Source: Planctomycetota bacterium
GTDB taxonomy: Bacteria > Planctomycetota > JAJSAM01 > JAJVHW01
Reading direction: 5' to 3'
Length of the DNA stretch: 64,000 bases
Assembly: GCA_965248445.1 (NCBI GenBank)
Contig: CBDFJG010000004.1
Coordinates: 1,248,001-1,312,000, forward strand
The position numbers and the translations under genes are program-made. Of this stretch, positions 1 through 10,956 are shown piece after piece. The notes beneath the pieces were generated by a model. It ran no database searches. It saw nothing but the letters and a program-made list of their open reading frames with translations, and was not told the origin of the DNA. Every line of letters begins with the position of its first letter. Position 1 is the stretch's first letter.

Positions 1-84
1 GATCACGTGCCGCTGCGTGTCGAGCCCGGTCATCTCGAGGTCGCACCACACCAGGCGGTGTGACTTCGGCTGTCGCTTTCCCAT
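1..84 (-). CDS. orn: Oligoribonuclease, 5' part only (runs off the window edge)
   Basis: Not in the ORF track. ATG at 84 (minus) with GGGAG upstream reads MGKRQPKSHRLVWCDLEMTGLDTQRHVI, the DEDD ExoI motif of Orn (WxDLEMTGLD). Confidence 0.85.
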   Translation of the reverse strand, partial: MGKRQPKSHRLVWCDLEMTGLDTQRHVI

Positions 85-161
85 TCGTGACTCCCGCCAG
101 GGCACGACAGAGGGCGAGACGCCACGCGCCCCGCCCCCCATTGCGTTGTCCAGTGTGCCGT

Positions 162-1481
162 CTAGTACCGGTAGTCGTCGCGCTTGAAGGGACCGTTCTG
201 CGGAATGCCCATGTACTCCGACTGCTCGGAAGTCAGCGTGGTGAGGTTGACACCCAGCTTGCCGAGGTGGAGCGTCGCCACCTTCTCGTCGAGGTGCTTG
301 GGCAGCGTGTAGACCTCGAGTCCGTAGTTGTCGTGGTTCTCCCAGAGCTCGATCTGCGCCATCACCTGGTTTGTGAAGCTCGCGCTCATCACGAAGCTCG
401 GGTGGCCGGTCGCGCAACCGAGGTTCATCAGGCGGCCCTCGGCCAGGATCGTGATGCGCCTGCCGTTCGGCCAGACGACCTGGTCGACCTGAGGCTTGAT
501 GTTCACGCGCTCGAGCGCCGGATCGTCGAACACGCTCGCGACGTTGATCTCGTTGTCGAAGTGGCCGATGTTGCCGACGATCGCCTGGTCCTTCATCGCA
601 TCCATGTGCTGGCGGTCGATGACGTTCAGGCAGCCCGTTGCCGTGATGAAGATGTCACCCACCGGCGCCATCGCGTCCATGGTCGAAACCTCGTGGCCCT
701 CCATCGCCGCCTGCAGGGCGCAGATCGGGTCGATCTCGGTGATGACGATCCGAGCGCCGAGTCCCTTGAGCGACTGGACGCAGCCCTTGCCGACGTCGCC
801 GTAGCCGCAGATCACCGCGACCTTGCCGGCCACCATCACGTCCGTGGCGCGTTTCAGTCCATCCACGAGCGACTCGCGGCAGCCGTACAGGTTGTCGAAC
901 TTCGACTTCGTGACCGAGTCGTTGACGTTGATCGCCGGGACCTTCAACTCACCCTTCTCGACCATCTGGTGCAGGCGGTGCACGCCCGTCGTCGTCTCCT
1001 CGGACAAGCCCTTCACGTCGGCCAGCATCTCGGGGAACTCGTTGTGCATGCGCAGCGTCAGGTCGCCGCCGTCGTCGAGCAGGAGGTTCGGGCCCTGCCC
1101 GTTCGGCCAGCGGATCGTCTGGTCGACGCACCACCAGTACTCCTCTTCGGTTTCGCCCTTCCAGGCGAACACCGCGACGCCGGTCTTGGCGATCGCCGCG
1201 GCCGCGTGGTCCTGCGTGCTGAAGATGTTGCACGACGCCCAGCGGACCTCGGCGCCGAGCGCCGTCAGCGTCTCGATCAGCACGGCGGTCTGGATGGTCA
1301 TGTGCAGCGAGCCCGCGATGCGCGCGCCCGCGAGCGGCTTGCTGTCGCCGTACTCCGCGCGCAGCGCCATCAGGCCCGGCATCTCGGACTCGGCGATCGC
1401 GATCTCCTTGCGGCCGTACTCCCACTGGGAGATGTCCGCGACCTTGTAGTCATTGGCCGTCGTCGTGTCGGTGGCGCTCAC
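162..1481 (-). CDS. ahcY: Adenosylhomocysteinase
   Basis: Motifs [78 protein letters not shown]. Confidence 0.98.
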   Translation of the reverse strand: MSATDTTTANDYKVADISQWEYGRKEIAIAESEMPGLMALRAEYGDSKPLAGARIAGSLHMTIQTAVLIETLTALGAEVRWASCNIFSTQDHAAAAIAKTGVAVFAWKGETEEEYWWCVDQTIRWPNGQGPNLLLDDGGDLTLRMHNEFPEMLADVKGLSEETTTGVHRLHQMVEKGELKVPAINVNDSVTKSKFDNLYGCRESLVDGLKRATDVMVAGKVAVICGYGDVGKGCVQSLKGLGARIVITEIDPICALQAAMEGHEVSTMDAMAPVGDIFITATGCLNVIDRQHMDAMKDQAIVGNIGHFDNEINVASVFDDPALERVNIKPQVDQVVWPNGRRITILAEGRLMNLGCATGHPSFVMSASFTNQVMAQIELWENHDNYGLEVYTLPKHLDEKVATLHLGKLGVNLTTLTSEQSEYMGIPQNGPFKRDDYRY

Positions 1482-2506
1482 TTGTTCCTCCTCGGTGCGC
1501 TTCGCCCCCGCGGCCGTTCACCGACCACGTGGAGCGCTGTAAGTGTGTCAAGAGCGGCGCGACCTGCGGATGACAGGTCGTCTCTTCCGTTCGTACGAGA
1601 GGCCGGCGCGGGAAACTCCACGCGCCGCACGTTCGCAAGTCCGGCCCGCACGAACGCCTTCTGGAGTTCGTCCGGGTCGAAGCCCGCAAATCCGTTTCCG
1701 AGACGCCGTACGAGCGTCTCGTCGCCGTGGTGCTCGACGTCGCAGACCACGACCTGCCCCCCCGGACGCAGTGCGCGGCGGCAGCGGCGCAGCGCGGCGA
1801 CGGGGTCCTTGGTGTGTCCGAGGGCGAGGCAGAGCACGACGCGATCTGCCCAGCGGTCCGGCACGGGCAGTTCCTCGATCCGACCGCGTTCGACGCGCAC
1901 GTTGCCGAGTTGCTTCGCGCGCCGCTCGGCGCGCCGCGCCATGCGGGCGGAGCGTTCGACAGCGATGACCTCGCCGTCCTGACCGGCCAGCGCGGACAGC
2001 CACGGCAGAAGAACACCGGTGCCCGCACCCGCGTCCACGATGCGCAGTCCGCCCGGCACCAGCAGCGACGCGATCTCCGGGGGCGCGAGGCTTCCACCGA
2101 GCAGCCGGTCGCGGAGCGCGTCCCAATCGTCGGCCAGCGCGTCGAACAGCGCCTCGCGATCGCCCTCCCGCTCGGCGCGGACGAGTTCGAGTCGCGTCAG
2201 GTCCTCGGGGTGCTCGAGATCAGCTCCGCGAACCACGTCCATCACCGCGGTGACGAGCGGCGCGACGTCGCCGGGAGGCGCGCTCGCGAGACTCAGGTAC
2301 GAGCGGACTCCCTCGGCCCGCTCGACGACGAGTCCCGCCCGGCGGAGCACGGCCAGGTGGCGGGAAACCGAGCTCTGGGCGAGGTCCGTGATGCTCGCGA
2401 GCTCGCCGACCGAGAACTCGTCCCGGTCCAGCAGACGGAGCAGCCGGAGCCGGGACGGATCGGCCACGGCCTTCAGGGCGGTCAGCGGGCTGGCAACTGT
2501 ATTCAT
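1478..2506 (-). CDS. ArsR-family HTH fused to a SAM-dependent methyltransferase fold (SahR/SamR-like regulator)
   Basis: N-terminal ArsR (ADPSRLRLL...SVGELA...[17 protein letters not shown]), C-terminal VDAGAGTG motif; overlaps the ahcY start by 4 nt. Confidence 0.9.
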   Translation of the reverse strand: MNTVASPLTALKAVADPSRLRLLRLLDRDEFSVGELASITDLAQSSVSRHLAVLRRAGLVVERAEGVRSYLSLASAPPGDVAPLVTAVMDVVRGADLEHPEDLTRLELVRAEREGDREALFDALADDWDALRDRLLGGSLAPPEIASLLVPGGLRIVDAGAGTGVLLPWLSALAGQDGEVIAVERSARMARRAERRAKQLGNVRVERGRIEELPVPDRWADRVVLCLALGHTKDPVAALRRCRRALRPGGQVVVCDVEHHGDETLVRRLGNGFAGFDPDELQKAFVRAGLANVRRVEFPAPASRTNGRDDLSSAGRAALDTLTALHVVGERPRGRSAPRRNK

Positions 2507-2523
2507 GCGTCAATCCGGATGAA
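2502..2523. promoter_or_regulatory. Putative ArsR/SahR operator overlapping the regulator's start codon
   Basis: TTCATGCG-N6-CGGATGAA, an inverted repeat matching at 7/8, in an AT-richer patch. Confidence 0.6.
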
Positions 2524-2642
2524 AGCATGGATTTGTATGACCAGCAACCCAATTCGGAGCGGAATGGCCCTGCGGCCAGGCTGGCCTCTCGCAGCGGGTA
2601 CCTTGGGGGCGAAGCGTTCGGGCAAGGCGGAGGACGAGACGG

Positions 2643-3653
2643 ATGCGAACGGCGCGTGCAGGCCTGCTGCTGGGGCTCCTGGCGATCTCGGCCTCCCCCG
2701 GCCACGCGGCGAGCGTGCCCGTGTCGCCCGGGGAGAACCTGCAGGCCGCCATCGACGCGGCGAGCGCCGGGGACGTCCTCGAACTCGGCGCCGGACGCTA
2801 CGACGGCGACATCGACTTCGGCGGCAAGGCGGTGACCGTCCGCGGCGTGGGGACCGAGACCGTGATCCGAGGCACCGGCGACGGCCCCGTCGTGACGTTC
2901 TCCTCCGGCGAAGGCACCGACAGCGTCCTCGACTCGGTCACCGTGACGGGCGGCGAGGCCGCCCGCGGCGGCGGCATCCTGATCGACGGTGCGAGTCCCA
3001 CCGTCCTTCGGTGCGCGATCGTCCGGAATCGCGCAGCCGCTCAGGGCAGCGGCATCCACGTCACCGGTGGATCGCTGGCCCGGATCTACAACAACCTGGT
3101 CTTCCGGTCGCGGCGCCGCGGCAACGCCGATCCGCACGGGATCGAGATCGTGGACGCCTCCCCCACCGTCGTGAACAACACGGTCGTCAAGGGAGACAGC
3201 AACGGACTCATCATTCGCGGCACGTCGTCGCCGCTGATCGCAAACAACGTCTTCGCGATCAACGGGAGCCGCGTCGGGCGCAAGCTGCGCGGGCGCGGGA
3301 TCTGCGACTTCAGCGGCGGCGCGGCCGTCATCCGGCACAACGTGTTCTTCAAGAACCGGAAGTCCGCGATCCTGCGCAGCGGCACGGATTCGAAGAAGAT
3401 CGCCCGCCTCGAGAACGAGCTCGCCGATCCCAATCTCGTAGGCAATACGGACGGCAACCCGCGTTACCACGGGACGCGGGGCCGCAAGGTGCGCTATCGC
3501 GACTTCACTCCGCGGGGCGCCCGAAGTCGCGCGCGCGACGCCGGCGACCCGGCCCCCGAGCACGAAGATCTCGACGGAACCCGCAATGACGCCGGATTCA
3601 CGGGCGGGCCGTACCCCCCCGGATCGACGGCGCTGCCCGGCAACGACTCGTAG
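2643..3653 (+). CDS. Secreted right-handed parallel beta-helix protein
   Basis: Signal peptide; LQAAIDAA..GD.L.L..G.Y; repeated NN beta-helix motifs; C-terminal DLDGTRNDAGFTGG. Confidence 0.8.
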   Translation: MRTARAGLLLGLLAISASPGHAASVPVSPGENLQAAIDAASAGDVLELGAGRYDGDIDFGGKAVTVRGVGTETVIRGTGDGPVVTFSSGEGTDSVLDSVTVTGGEAARGGGILIDGASPTVLRCAIVRNRAAAQGSGIHVTGGSLARIYNNLVFRSRRRGNADPHGIEIVDASPTVVNNTVVKGDSNGLIIRGTSSPLIANNVFAINGSRVGRKLRGRGICDFSGGAAVIRHNVFFKNRKSAILRSGTDSKKIARLENELADPNLVGNTDGNPRYHGTRGRKVRYRDFTPRGARSRARDAGDPAPEHEDLDGTRNDAGFTGGPYPPGSTALPGNDS

Positions 3654-3787
3654 GGGCGGGGTTCCACCCGTGATGGAGCGCCGCGCCCAGCGGCGCGGCC
3701 GAACGCCCGCGACCCGAGTCCGCGTGTCGGCGGACCGGGGGCAAACGCCATGAACAATGGCGTTTGCAGCGGGAGCGCCCGCCCCTA

Positions 3788-5263
3788 CTAGGCGTCGCTG
3801 CGCATCAGCGGGAACAGCACCGTGTCGCGGAGGTTCGTCTGCCCGGTGAGCAACGCCACGATGCGGTCGACGCCCATACCCCAGCCGCTGGTGGGGGGCA
3901 TGCCGTACTCGAGGCAGATCAGGTAGTCGTCCTCGGTCGGCAGCGCCTCGTCGTCACCGGCGGCACGGTGGGCCGCCTGTTCCTCGAAGCGCGCCCGCTG
4001 GTCGTCCGGATCGACGAGTTCGCTGTACGCGTTCACGACCTCCCAGCCGTTCACGAGCAGTTGGAAGCGGTCCGTGATCCCGGGGTCGGCGTCGTTGCGG
4101 CGGGCCAGCGGCGAGAGTTCGATCGGATGCCCGACCACGAAGATCGGCCCGAGCAGATCCGGACGCACGGTCTTCTTGTAGATGAAGTCGACGAGCGTCG
4201 GATAGGCCATCTTGTCGAGTGCGTCGTCGTGGAACCCGCGCTCGCGGCACCACGCGCGCAGCGCGACGGGATCACGGACTTCGAGCACGTCGATGCCCGC
4301 GCGTTCGCGGATCAGGTCGGTCATGCGCACGGCCGGCCAGTCACCGGCCAGGTCCACGGTGCGTTCCGCGCCGTCGGATCCCTCGCACGTGAACGTGAGC
4401 TTGCCCGTTGTCTCCTGCACGACCGACTGGAGCAGTTCCTGCGTGAACCGCATGTTCTCCTCGTAGCTCCAGTACGCGACGTAGTACTCGAGCATCGTGA
4501 AGTCCTGCAGGTGCGATGGGTCCATGCCCTCGTTGCGGAAGCAGCGCGCGAACTCGTACACGCGCTCGTATCCACCTACCACGAGCCGCTTCAGATACGT
4601 CTCGGGCGCGATGCGCAAGACTACGTCCATGTCCAGCGCGTTGTGATGGGACACGAACGGCCGCGCGAGCGCCCCGGACGCCTTCGTCTGGAGGATCGGT
4701 GTCTCGACCTCCTCGAATTCGCGCGCGTCGAGGTAGTCGCGGATCGACTTGGTGAACCGTGCCCGAAAGCGAAAGCGCTCCCGCGTCTCGTCGTTCGTCA
4801 AGAGGTCGAGGTACCGCTGCCGGTAACACGTCTCGCGGTCCTGCACCCCCGCCCACTTCTCCGGCATCGGACGCAGCGCCTTCGAGAGGATCTGCGCGTG
4901 TTCCGCGTCGACGGTGGGCTCGCCGGTGCGCGTCACCCACGTCCGGCCGCTCACGCCCAGGAAGTCGCCGACGTCCAGGGTCCGCCGCAGCACGCGGAGT
5001 TCCTCGCTGTCGAGCGTGTCCTTGCGCAGGGCGATTTGCATGCGGCCGGTGCGGTCCTGCAGCGTCAGGAAGATCATCTTCTTCGAGATCTGGCGCTTCA
5101 GGACGACCCGCCCGGCGACGGACACACCGGCGGTCTCCTCAGGGAGTTCACGTGCATCGGCCAGCCCGTGCGTGCGCTCCCAGCGGTCGGGATAGGGGTT
5201 CTTGCCCTCCTCACGAAGGAGGTCGCGCTTGTTGCGGCGTGCGGCGATCTGGTCCTCGGCCAT
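3788..5263 (-). CDS. lysS: Lysine--tRNA ligase (class II)
   Basis: YRQRYLDL, EVETPILQ, GALARPF, LRIAPETYLKRLVVGG, FRNEG, LEYGMPPTSGWGMGVDR; start at MAEDQ. Confidence 0.97.
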   Translation of the reverse strand: MAEDQIAARRNKRDLLREEGKNPYPDRWERTHGLADARELPEETAGVSVAGRVVLKRQISKKMIFLTLQDRTGRMQIALRKDTLDSEELRVLRRTLDVGDFLGVSGRTWVTRTGEPTVDAEHAQILSKALRPMPEKWAGVQDRETCYRQRYLDLLTNDETRERFRFRARFTKSIRDYLDAREFEEVETPILQTKASGALARPFVSHHNALDMDVVLRIAPETYLKRLVVGGYERVYEFARCFRNEGMDPSHLQDFTMLEYYVAYWSYEENMRFTQELLQSVVQETTGKLTFTCEGSDGAERTVDLAGDWPAVRMTDLIRERAGIDVLEVRDPVALRAWCRERGFHDDALDKMAYPTLVDFIYKKTVRPDLLGPIFVVGHPIELSPLARRNDADPGITDRFQLLVNGWEVVNAYSELVDPDDQRARFEEQAAHRAAGDDEALPTEDDYLICLEYGMPPTSGWGMGVDRIVALLTGQTNLRDTVLFPLMRSDA

Positions 5264-5353
5264 GGGGCGCCATTCAAGCACTACGGCGGGGCACCGGCGA
5301 ACGCTACCCGAGGACACCGCTACCCAAAGACAGGGGGAGCGGCAGTGCGCGGG

Positions 5354-7627
5354 CTACGACGTAGCGGACGACTTGCGCGTCGCGGCGCCGGGCATGGGGT
5401 GCGTTGGCTCGCGCGCTTCGTTCAGCAGCTGCGTGGCGGCCGCCCGCAGCAGGTCGCGCGCGGTCGGGAAGTCCGCGTCGATCGAGAGGATGCGCGTCAG
5501 CGCGACCGCGGCGCGCGCCGTCTGGCCCGCGCGCATGCGAAGCTCGACCAGCGCGGCGAGGGACGCGAGCAACTCGCGCTTCTCGTCGTCCTCGGCTCCG
5601 AGCAGTTCGCAGAGCTCGGCCAGCAAATCGGCGTCGGTGGGACGCATCGCGACGGCCTCGCGCAGGAACGGCACCGCTTCCTCCCGGCGGCCGTTGGCGC
5701 GGTGCAAGAGCGCGGCGCGGTGGAAGTGCTCGGCCGCGCGGGTCTGCTCGCCGGCGTGGTGCAGCGCCATCGCGAGGCTGCGGTGGGCATCGAGGCTCGA
5801 GGAGTCGATATCCAGCATCTCCTCGTACGTCTCGGTGGCCCCCGTCCAGTCGCCGCGCTCTTCGTAGCGCGCTCCGGCCCGGCGGAGCTGGGCCAGCGCA
5901 CGGTTGCGGTCACCCATGTCGGCGTGGCAGCGCGCCATGGCGCGTCGGACGGCGAGGTCGTTGGGGCGCAGTTCGACGAGTTCGTTGAAGCTCTCGATCG
6001 CCGTGCGGTGGCGCTTCGCGTCGCTGAGCGCCGTGGCGGATGCGGCGAACAGGCGCTCGGCGCTCTCGACCGCCCCGGCGTGCAGGAACGCGGCACCGAG
6101 GTGTTGCGATGCGGAGGACGCCATGCCGCCGACGGCGAGCAGACTGTGCTCGACCTCGAGCAGCTTCGCACCGCGCAGGGCGTCGTCTTCGATCGCGCCG
6201 CCGCGGTCGAGGAGCCCGACGAGGTCCGAGAGCTCCTGCACCGCCATGTCGGAGTGACCACCTCGGTGCAGCGCGTCCACGAGACGGAAGCGCACCGACC
6301 ACGCGTGGGGGACCAGCGCCATCGACGCGCGATAGCACTCCTCCGCCGCCTCGAACTCCTCCGAATCGAGGTGCAGATCACCCGCGCGGCGAATGCAAAG
6401 CGCACCGCGGCCCGGTGCGCCCTCCGCCGTGTACGCGTCGCCGAGACGCTGCCAGACGGCCGGGTACATCGGAGACAGGCGGGCCGCGCGCCGATAGGCG
6501 GCACGACTGCCGACGACATCGCCGGCCTCGGTAAGCACATCGCCGAGAACGCCGACCGCTTCCGCCATCTTCGTCTGGTCGCCGCTGCGCTCGAGTACCC
6601 GGATCTCGAACCGGCGGAGCGCCGGATCGTCCGGGACCAGGAGCGTCGCGCGACTCGCGCTGCCGAGCGCGGTCTCGGTGTCGTCGTTGCGGAGCGCGTT
6701 CTTGGCGTGCTTGACGTACGTGCCGGCGGCGTCGCGCCGCCGGCCGAGTTCCTCGTAGGTGCGCGCGAGGGGCTGCAGCACGTCGAAGCCCTCGCCGCCG
6801 AGCTCGATCACCCGCTCGAGCACACGTGCCCGCTTCTGCGGGCTGAACTCGTTGCGGCGGTTCTCCGCCAGCATCAGAAGCTCGAAGCCGTTCTTGCTGC
6901 GCAGCAGGCCGGCCTGGTGGAAGGAGTAGAACAGCTCCAGCACCTCGAACCGGTTCATGCGCATGTCCCGCAGGACCTCGCGCATGTCGCGCACGCCGTC
7001 GATCAGGAGCATGAACTCGCGGTGCGCTGGATCCGGCACCTTCGCCTCGAGCTCGTCGATCGAGTGGATCAGCAGTTCGTACACGTCGCGCAGTGACGGA
7101 GTGACGCTGTTGAACTTCGCGAGGTCGTCCGTGATCTTGGTGCAGTTGATGAGGATCGAGTCGACCGCCACCCTATCGCCGACCAGCTGGTACCCGTCGG
7201 CGAACAACTTCTCGATGACGGCCGGCTCCTCGCCGGCGTGAAACTCGAAGCCGACGTTCGGCCAGTAGAAGAGCTCCAGCCCTTCCTCGATCAGCTGATA
7301 GCGGCGGGCGCGATCAAGTGCGTCGGGCGTGACGTGGTCGTGGTCTCGCAGGAAGCGTGCGACCTCCGCGTCCGTGCGCTTCTCCCCGAGCTCCGCCGCT
7401 GCGGCCTTGAGGTGCGCAACGTCGACGGTGCGGTGGTTGTAGAGGACCTTCTGGAGCGTGACGCGGGGCTTACGCGTGTACACGCCGCGGAGCGTCGCGC
7501 GGTCCAGGTGCAGGTACTTTCGCCGGCCGCCCGAGCTCACCGCGAGCACACCGATCTTCAGATTGCTCGAGAGCGCCTGGAGCAGAACGCCCACGTCGAA
7601 CAGCTGCAGCGAATCCTGGCCCTTCAT
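5354..7627 (-). CDS. DUF4388 (PatA-N-like) domain plus TPR-repeat protein
   Basis: N-terminal MKGQDSLQLFDVGVLLQALSSNLKIGVLAV...LELFYWPNVGFEF, then many TPR-like helices. The track's 8851 start overlaps a real plus-strand gene; alternative start 7639. Confidence 0.75.
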   Translation of the reverse strand: MKGQDSLQLFDVGVLLQALSSNLKIGVLAVSSGGRRKYLHLDRATLRGVYTRKPRVTLQKVLYNHRTVDVAHLKAAAAELGEKRTDAEVARFLRDHDHVTPDALDRARRYQLIEEGLELFYWPNVGFEFHAGEEPAVIEKLFADGYQLVGDRVAVDSILINCTKITDDLAKFNSVTPSLRDVYELLIHSIDELEAKVPDPAHREFMLLIDGVRDMREVLRDMRMNRFEVLELFYSFHQAGLLRSKNGFELLMLAENRRNEFSPQKRARVLERVIELGGEGFDVLQPLARTYEELGRRRDAAGTYVKHAKNALRNDDTETALGSASRATLLVPDDPALRRFEIRVLERSGDQTKMAEAVGVLGDVLTEAGDVVGSRAAYRRAARLSPMYPAVWQRLGDAYTAEGAPGRGALCIRRAGDLHLDSEEFEAAEECYRASMALVPHAWSVRFRLVDALHRGGHSDMAVQELSDLVGLLDRGGAIEDDALRGAKLLEVEHSLLAVGGMASSASQHLGAAFLHAGAVESAERLFAASATALSDAKRHRTAIESFNELVELRPNDLAVRRAMARCHADMGDRNRALAQLRRAGARYEERGDWTGATETYEEMLDIDSSSLDAHRSLAMALHHAGEQTRAAEHFHRAALLHRANGRREEAVPFLREAVAMRPTDADLLAELCELLGAEDDEKRELLASLAALVELRMRAGQTARAAVALTRILSIDADFPTARDLLRAAATQLLNEAREPTHPMPGAATRKSSATS

Positions 7628-7801
7628 CCCTGGACCCATCGGAACCCCAGGCTCGGGAAGTGAGCGGAATCCCGCCTCCGAGGCCGCCCTCCCGGGCTCG
7701 GGGACGTGGTATCGTCCGCGGCTCGCGGCCGGGAGGACACGGACGGGGCCGCGAGGGGCCGAGATCGAGCCTGGGTGCCGGACTGCAGGGGTGACCTCGG
7801 A

Positions 7802-9277
7802 GTGACAGCCACGATCGCGATTGTGGGCGGCGGATTCAGCGGACTCGTCTCGGCGTTCCTGCTCGAACGGAGCGTCCGAGACCCACCGAAGATCGTGGTC
7901 CTGGAGGGCGGTCCCCGCTTCGGCGGCCGCATCCGGTCCGGCTCGCTCGGCGCGGGCGGCATCCCCTACGACGCGGGAGCCGCCGAGCTGTACGACATCA
8001 CCGGCATCCCGCAGCTGCGGCGCCTGGTCAACCTGCTGGGTCTGTCGACCCGGACCATGCGCGCGACCCCGACGTTCTTCCACCGGGGCCGCCGGCTCGA
8101 GTCCGATGCCGACTTCACGGACGCGTTCGGCGCCGATGCCGTCGCGCGATACGAGGCATTCTGGGAACGCGGCACGTCGCTCCGGACGCCGCAGGAGTAC
8201 TCGCGCGCGGGCCACCCACAGGACAACGCGCACCCGTGGTCCGGCAGGACGTTTCGCGACGTGCTTCGCACGATCGGCGATCCCGCCATCGAGGCGTTCG
8301 CGGCGATGCAGGTGCACAGCGATCTCGCCGCGTCCCCCGACCGCACGAGCGGCACGTACGGCTTCGACAACCTGCTGATCGACGATCCCCGCTACTGCTC
8401 CATGTACACGATCGTCGGAGGGAACGAACGGCTCATCACGCGACTCGTGGAAGAGGTTCGTGCAGAGAAGCGTCGCGACGCGCCGGTTGCGTCCGTCGCG
8501 CCGCGCCGCGATGGTCGATTCGACATCGCAGTGGGACCGGACGAGATCCTGACCGTGGACGGCGTGCTGCTCACCCCCCCCCCTGCGTACTTGCTCGAGA
8601 TCGACTACCGCGACGAGCGTCTGCGGCGCGCGATCGCAGAACACGTCGAACACCACGACCACCCTGCCGCGTACCTGCGGGTGACGATGCTGTTCGACCG
8701 GCGGTTCTGGGGCGACGACCTCCCCGAGGACTACTGGGTCTCCGACGCGTTCGACGGCGTGACGGTCTACGACCAGTCCCCGGACAGGAGCGACCGTGAC
8801 GCGCCCGGCATCCTCAGCTGCCTCATCGGCGGGCTCCCCGCGGAGCGGCACGAGCGGCGACGCGACGACGACATCGTGCGCGACGTGATCGCGTCGCTGC
8901 CGCAGTCACTCGCGGACGCGGCCGAGCGTCTCGTGGACGCACGGGTCGACCGCTGGACGGGACGCCTCGGGGTGGCGGCGCTACCGGGGGGGCAGCCGCT
9001 GCTGCCGATCCGGCGGCGCCACCAGCCGAGTCTGGCCCATCCGGGTCTCGTGCTCGTCGGCGACTACCTGTACGACGCCACGATCAGCGGGGCGCTCGAC
9101 GGCTGTTCCAACGGTCTCGAACTGTTGCTGCGAGCGATCGGCTCGGCCGAGACACCCGACGCCGCCGACGTCCTCGCCCGCGCCGGGCTCTCCGATGCGC
9201 GCAGGTCGGACGATGAGGCCAGAGTTCGGAACAGCGCGCTGCCGTTCCTGCGGGCGGCCGCCGAGAGTTTGAGTTAG
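7802..9277 (+). CDS. FAD-dependent oxidoreductase, amine oxidase family
   Basis: IAIVGGGFSGLVSA, LEGGPRFGGRI, DAGAAELY, IVGGNERLI, LVGDYL...ISGAL. Confidence 0.85.
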   Translation: MTATIAIVGGGFSGLVSAFLLERSVRDPPKIVVLEGGPRFGGRIRSGSLGAGGIPYDAGAAELYDITGIPQLRRLVNLLGLSTRTMRATPTFFHRGRRLESDADFTDAFGADAVARYEAFWERGTSLRTPQEYSRAGHPQDNAHPWSGRTFRDVLRTIGDPAIEAFAAMQVHSDLAASPDRTSGTYGFDNLLIDDPRYCSMYTIVGGNERLITRLVEEVRAEKRRDAPVASVAPRRDGRFDIAVGPDEILTVDGVLLTPPPAYLLEIDYRDERLRRAIAEHVEHHDHPAAYLRVTMLFDRRFWGDDLPEDYWVSDAFDGVTVYDQSPDRSDRDAPGILSCLIGGLPAERHERRRDDDIVRDVIASLPQSLADAAERLVDARVDRWTGRLGVAALPGGQPLLPIRRRHQPSLAHPGLVLVGDYLYDATISGALDGCSNGLELLLRAIGSAETPDAADVLARAGLSDARRSDDEARVRNSALPFLRAAAESLS

Positions 9278-10956
9278 ACCAAGCGCACGGCGAGGACGGA
9301 GGTGGCGCCGGCAGGGTCGTCGGCGCGTGCGCCGGCCACGAGCACGCGCATGCCCTGCGCCAAGAGCCCGGCATCGACGGCCCCCGCCAGTCCGGCGGCG
9401 AGCGTCTCGCCCTCGGTCTCACCGGTCGCCACGACCGGGCGCACCGAGCCGACCAGTGCGAGCGACCGTGCCGTCCGCGCGTCGGGGACGATCGCGACCA
9501 CGGGAACGAGCGAGAAGAAGCGCGCGATGTTGCGCGCCGTTCGCCCGGAACGCGTGACCGCGACGATCGCCTCGCAGCCGAGGCCTTCGGCGATACGCAC
9601 CGCCTCGACCGTCATTCGGTCGGTGATGCGTTCGGCCTGATCGTTCTCGCCGCGATCCTCGCGCAACTTCGAGACGTCCATGCGCATGTGATTGAGGAGC
9701 ATGCCGCGACCGAAGCGGCTCCCGTCACGCCAGCCGGCCGCCGCCAACGCGACCTGTCGCAGCATCGCCACGGCATCGTGCGGCCTCTGGCCGAGCGCTG
9801 TTTCCCCGGAGAGCATGAGCGCGTCCGCACCGTCGAGCACCGCGTTGAAGACGTCGGACGCCTCGGCGCGTGTCGGCTCCGGCGCCTTCTCCATGCTGCC
9901 GAGCATCTGCGTGGCGACGATCGACGGCCGGCAGAGCAGCGCCGCTCGGTGGATGATGTCCTTCTGCAGCCGCGGCACGTCCTCGGGGCGGCACTGCAGG
10001 CCCAGATCGCCACGCGCGATCATGACGGCGTCGGCTGCGAGCAGGATGCCGTCGAGGTTCTCGGTCGCCGAGCGCGTCTCGAGCTTCGCGACGATCTGGA
10101 TGTCGTCGGGGTCGAGCGGGCCGTAACCGGCGCGCAGGTCTGGCAGCAGCCCGTCCAGCTTGCGCAGCAGTTCGGCGTCCGCGGCGTCCGCCGGCTCCAC
10201 GCCCTCGCGGAAGAACGCGGCTGAAACGCGACAGAACGCGCGGAGCGCCGCGATGTCCGCGGCGCTCCGCGTGAACGACAGCGCGAGGAGGTCAGCGTCT
10301 CCGCGCAGCAGAGCCGGCAGAGCGAAGGCCGCGAGATCGACGCGGTCGCGGAATGGCAACGGCGGCTCTTCGACGAGATCGACGTTCCTGAACGTCACGC
10401 CCTTTCGATGCCGCAGCTTGCCGGGCTCGCTTGCCCGCAGCACCGCAACGTCGTCGTCGACGGCGACGCACGTCAGCATCGGGTCACCGTCGGCGATCGC
10501 GACCTGCACCGAGTCCTGCCGTGACAGCGCGTCGCGCAGCGCCTGACGGACGAGCGGAGACGCGTCGCACGCCAGTTCATCGTCTGAGGGCTCCGCAGTG
10601 AGCCGCATCCGGAACTCCGCGCCCGTGTCGAAGGCCAGTCCCGTCCTGCGCTGCTCGACCGGCAGATAGAGACGCAGTTTGATTCCCTGCAGATCGAGCA
10701 AGACGGCGACGTGGCTCTCCGGCCCGGCCGCGGCCGACTCCCGTTGCACAAGGTCGATACTGCGGGTCTCCCGCGAGTAGTCCGGAGCGCGGCCCGCACG
10801 CAGGTCGGCCGCGCCGCCCGCGTGCGAGAGGTTGATCCGGGCGACGTCCATGCCTGCACGGACCAGCCCGGCGACGTACTCGTCCTTGTCGCGCAGACGC
10901 CGTCCTCCCGGCGCGCCAGGGCCGAGGGTGCAGATGACGCGGATGCGCGCCTTCAC
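9274..10956 (-). CDS. pyk: Pyruvate kinase (divergent, with insertions)
   Basis: ICTLGP, ARINLSH, DLQGIKLR, AKLE, MIARGDLG, ATQML.SM, PTRAEASDVFNAVLDGADALMLSGETA; GTG start overlaps the upstream stop. Confidence 0.9.
   Translation of the reverse strand: MKARIRVICTLGPGAPGGRRLRDKDEYVAGLVRAGMDVARINLSHAGGAADLRAGRAPDYSRETRSIDLVQRESAAAGPESHVAVLLDLQGIKLRLYLPVEQRRTGLAFDTGAEFRMRLTAEPSDDELACDASPLVRQALRDALSRQDSVQVAIADGDPMLTCVAVDDDVAVLRASEPGKLRHRKGVTFRNVDLVEEPPLPFRDRVDLAAFALPALLRGDADLLALSFTRSAADIAALRAFCRVSAAFFREGVEPADAADAELLRKLDGLLPDLRAGYGPLDPDDIQIVAKLETRSATENLDGILLAADAVMIARGDLGLQCRPEDVPRLQKDIIHRAALLCRPSIVATQMLGSMEKAPEPTRAEASDVFNAVLDGADALMLSGETALGQRPHDAVAMLRQVALAAAGWRDGSRFGRGMLLNHMRMDVSKLREDRGENDQAERITDRMTVEAVRIAEGLGCEAIVAVTRSGRTARNIARFFSLVPVVAIVPDARTARSLALVGSVRPVVATGETEGETLAAGLAGAVDAGLLAQGMRVLVAGARADDPAGATSVLAVRLV

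Noticed and set aside
60..7096. Long ORFs 60..1982, 1727..3589 and 3764..7096 (+)
   Set aside because: Antisense or off-frame shadows of ahcY, the beta-helix gene, lysS and the TPR gene; expected at this GC content and without motifs.
7640..8851. N-terminal 400 aa of the 1165-aa ORF
   Set aside because: Antisense to the FAD oxidoreductase; the recognisable protein starts at 7627-7639.
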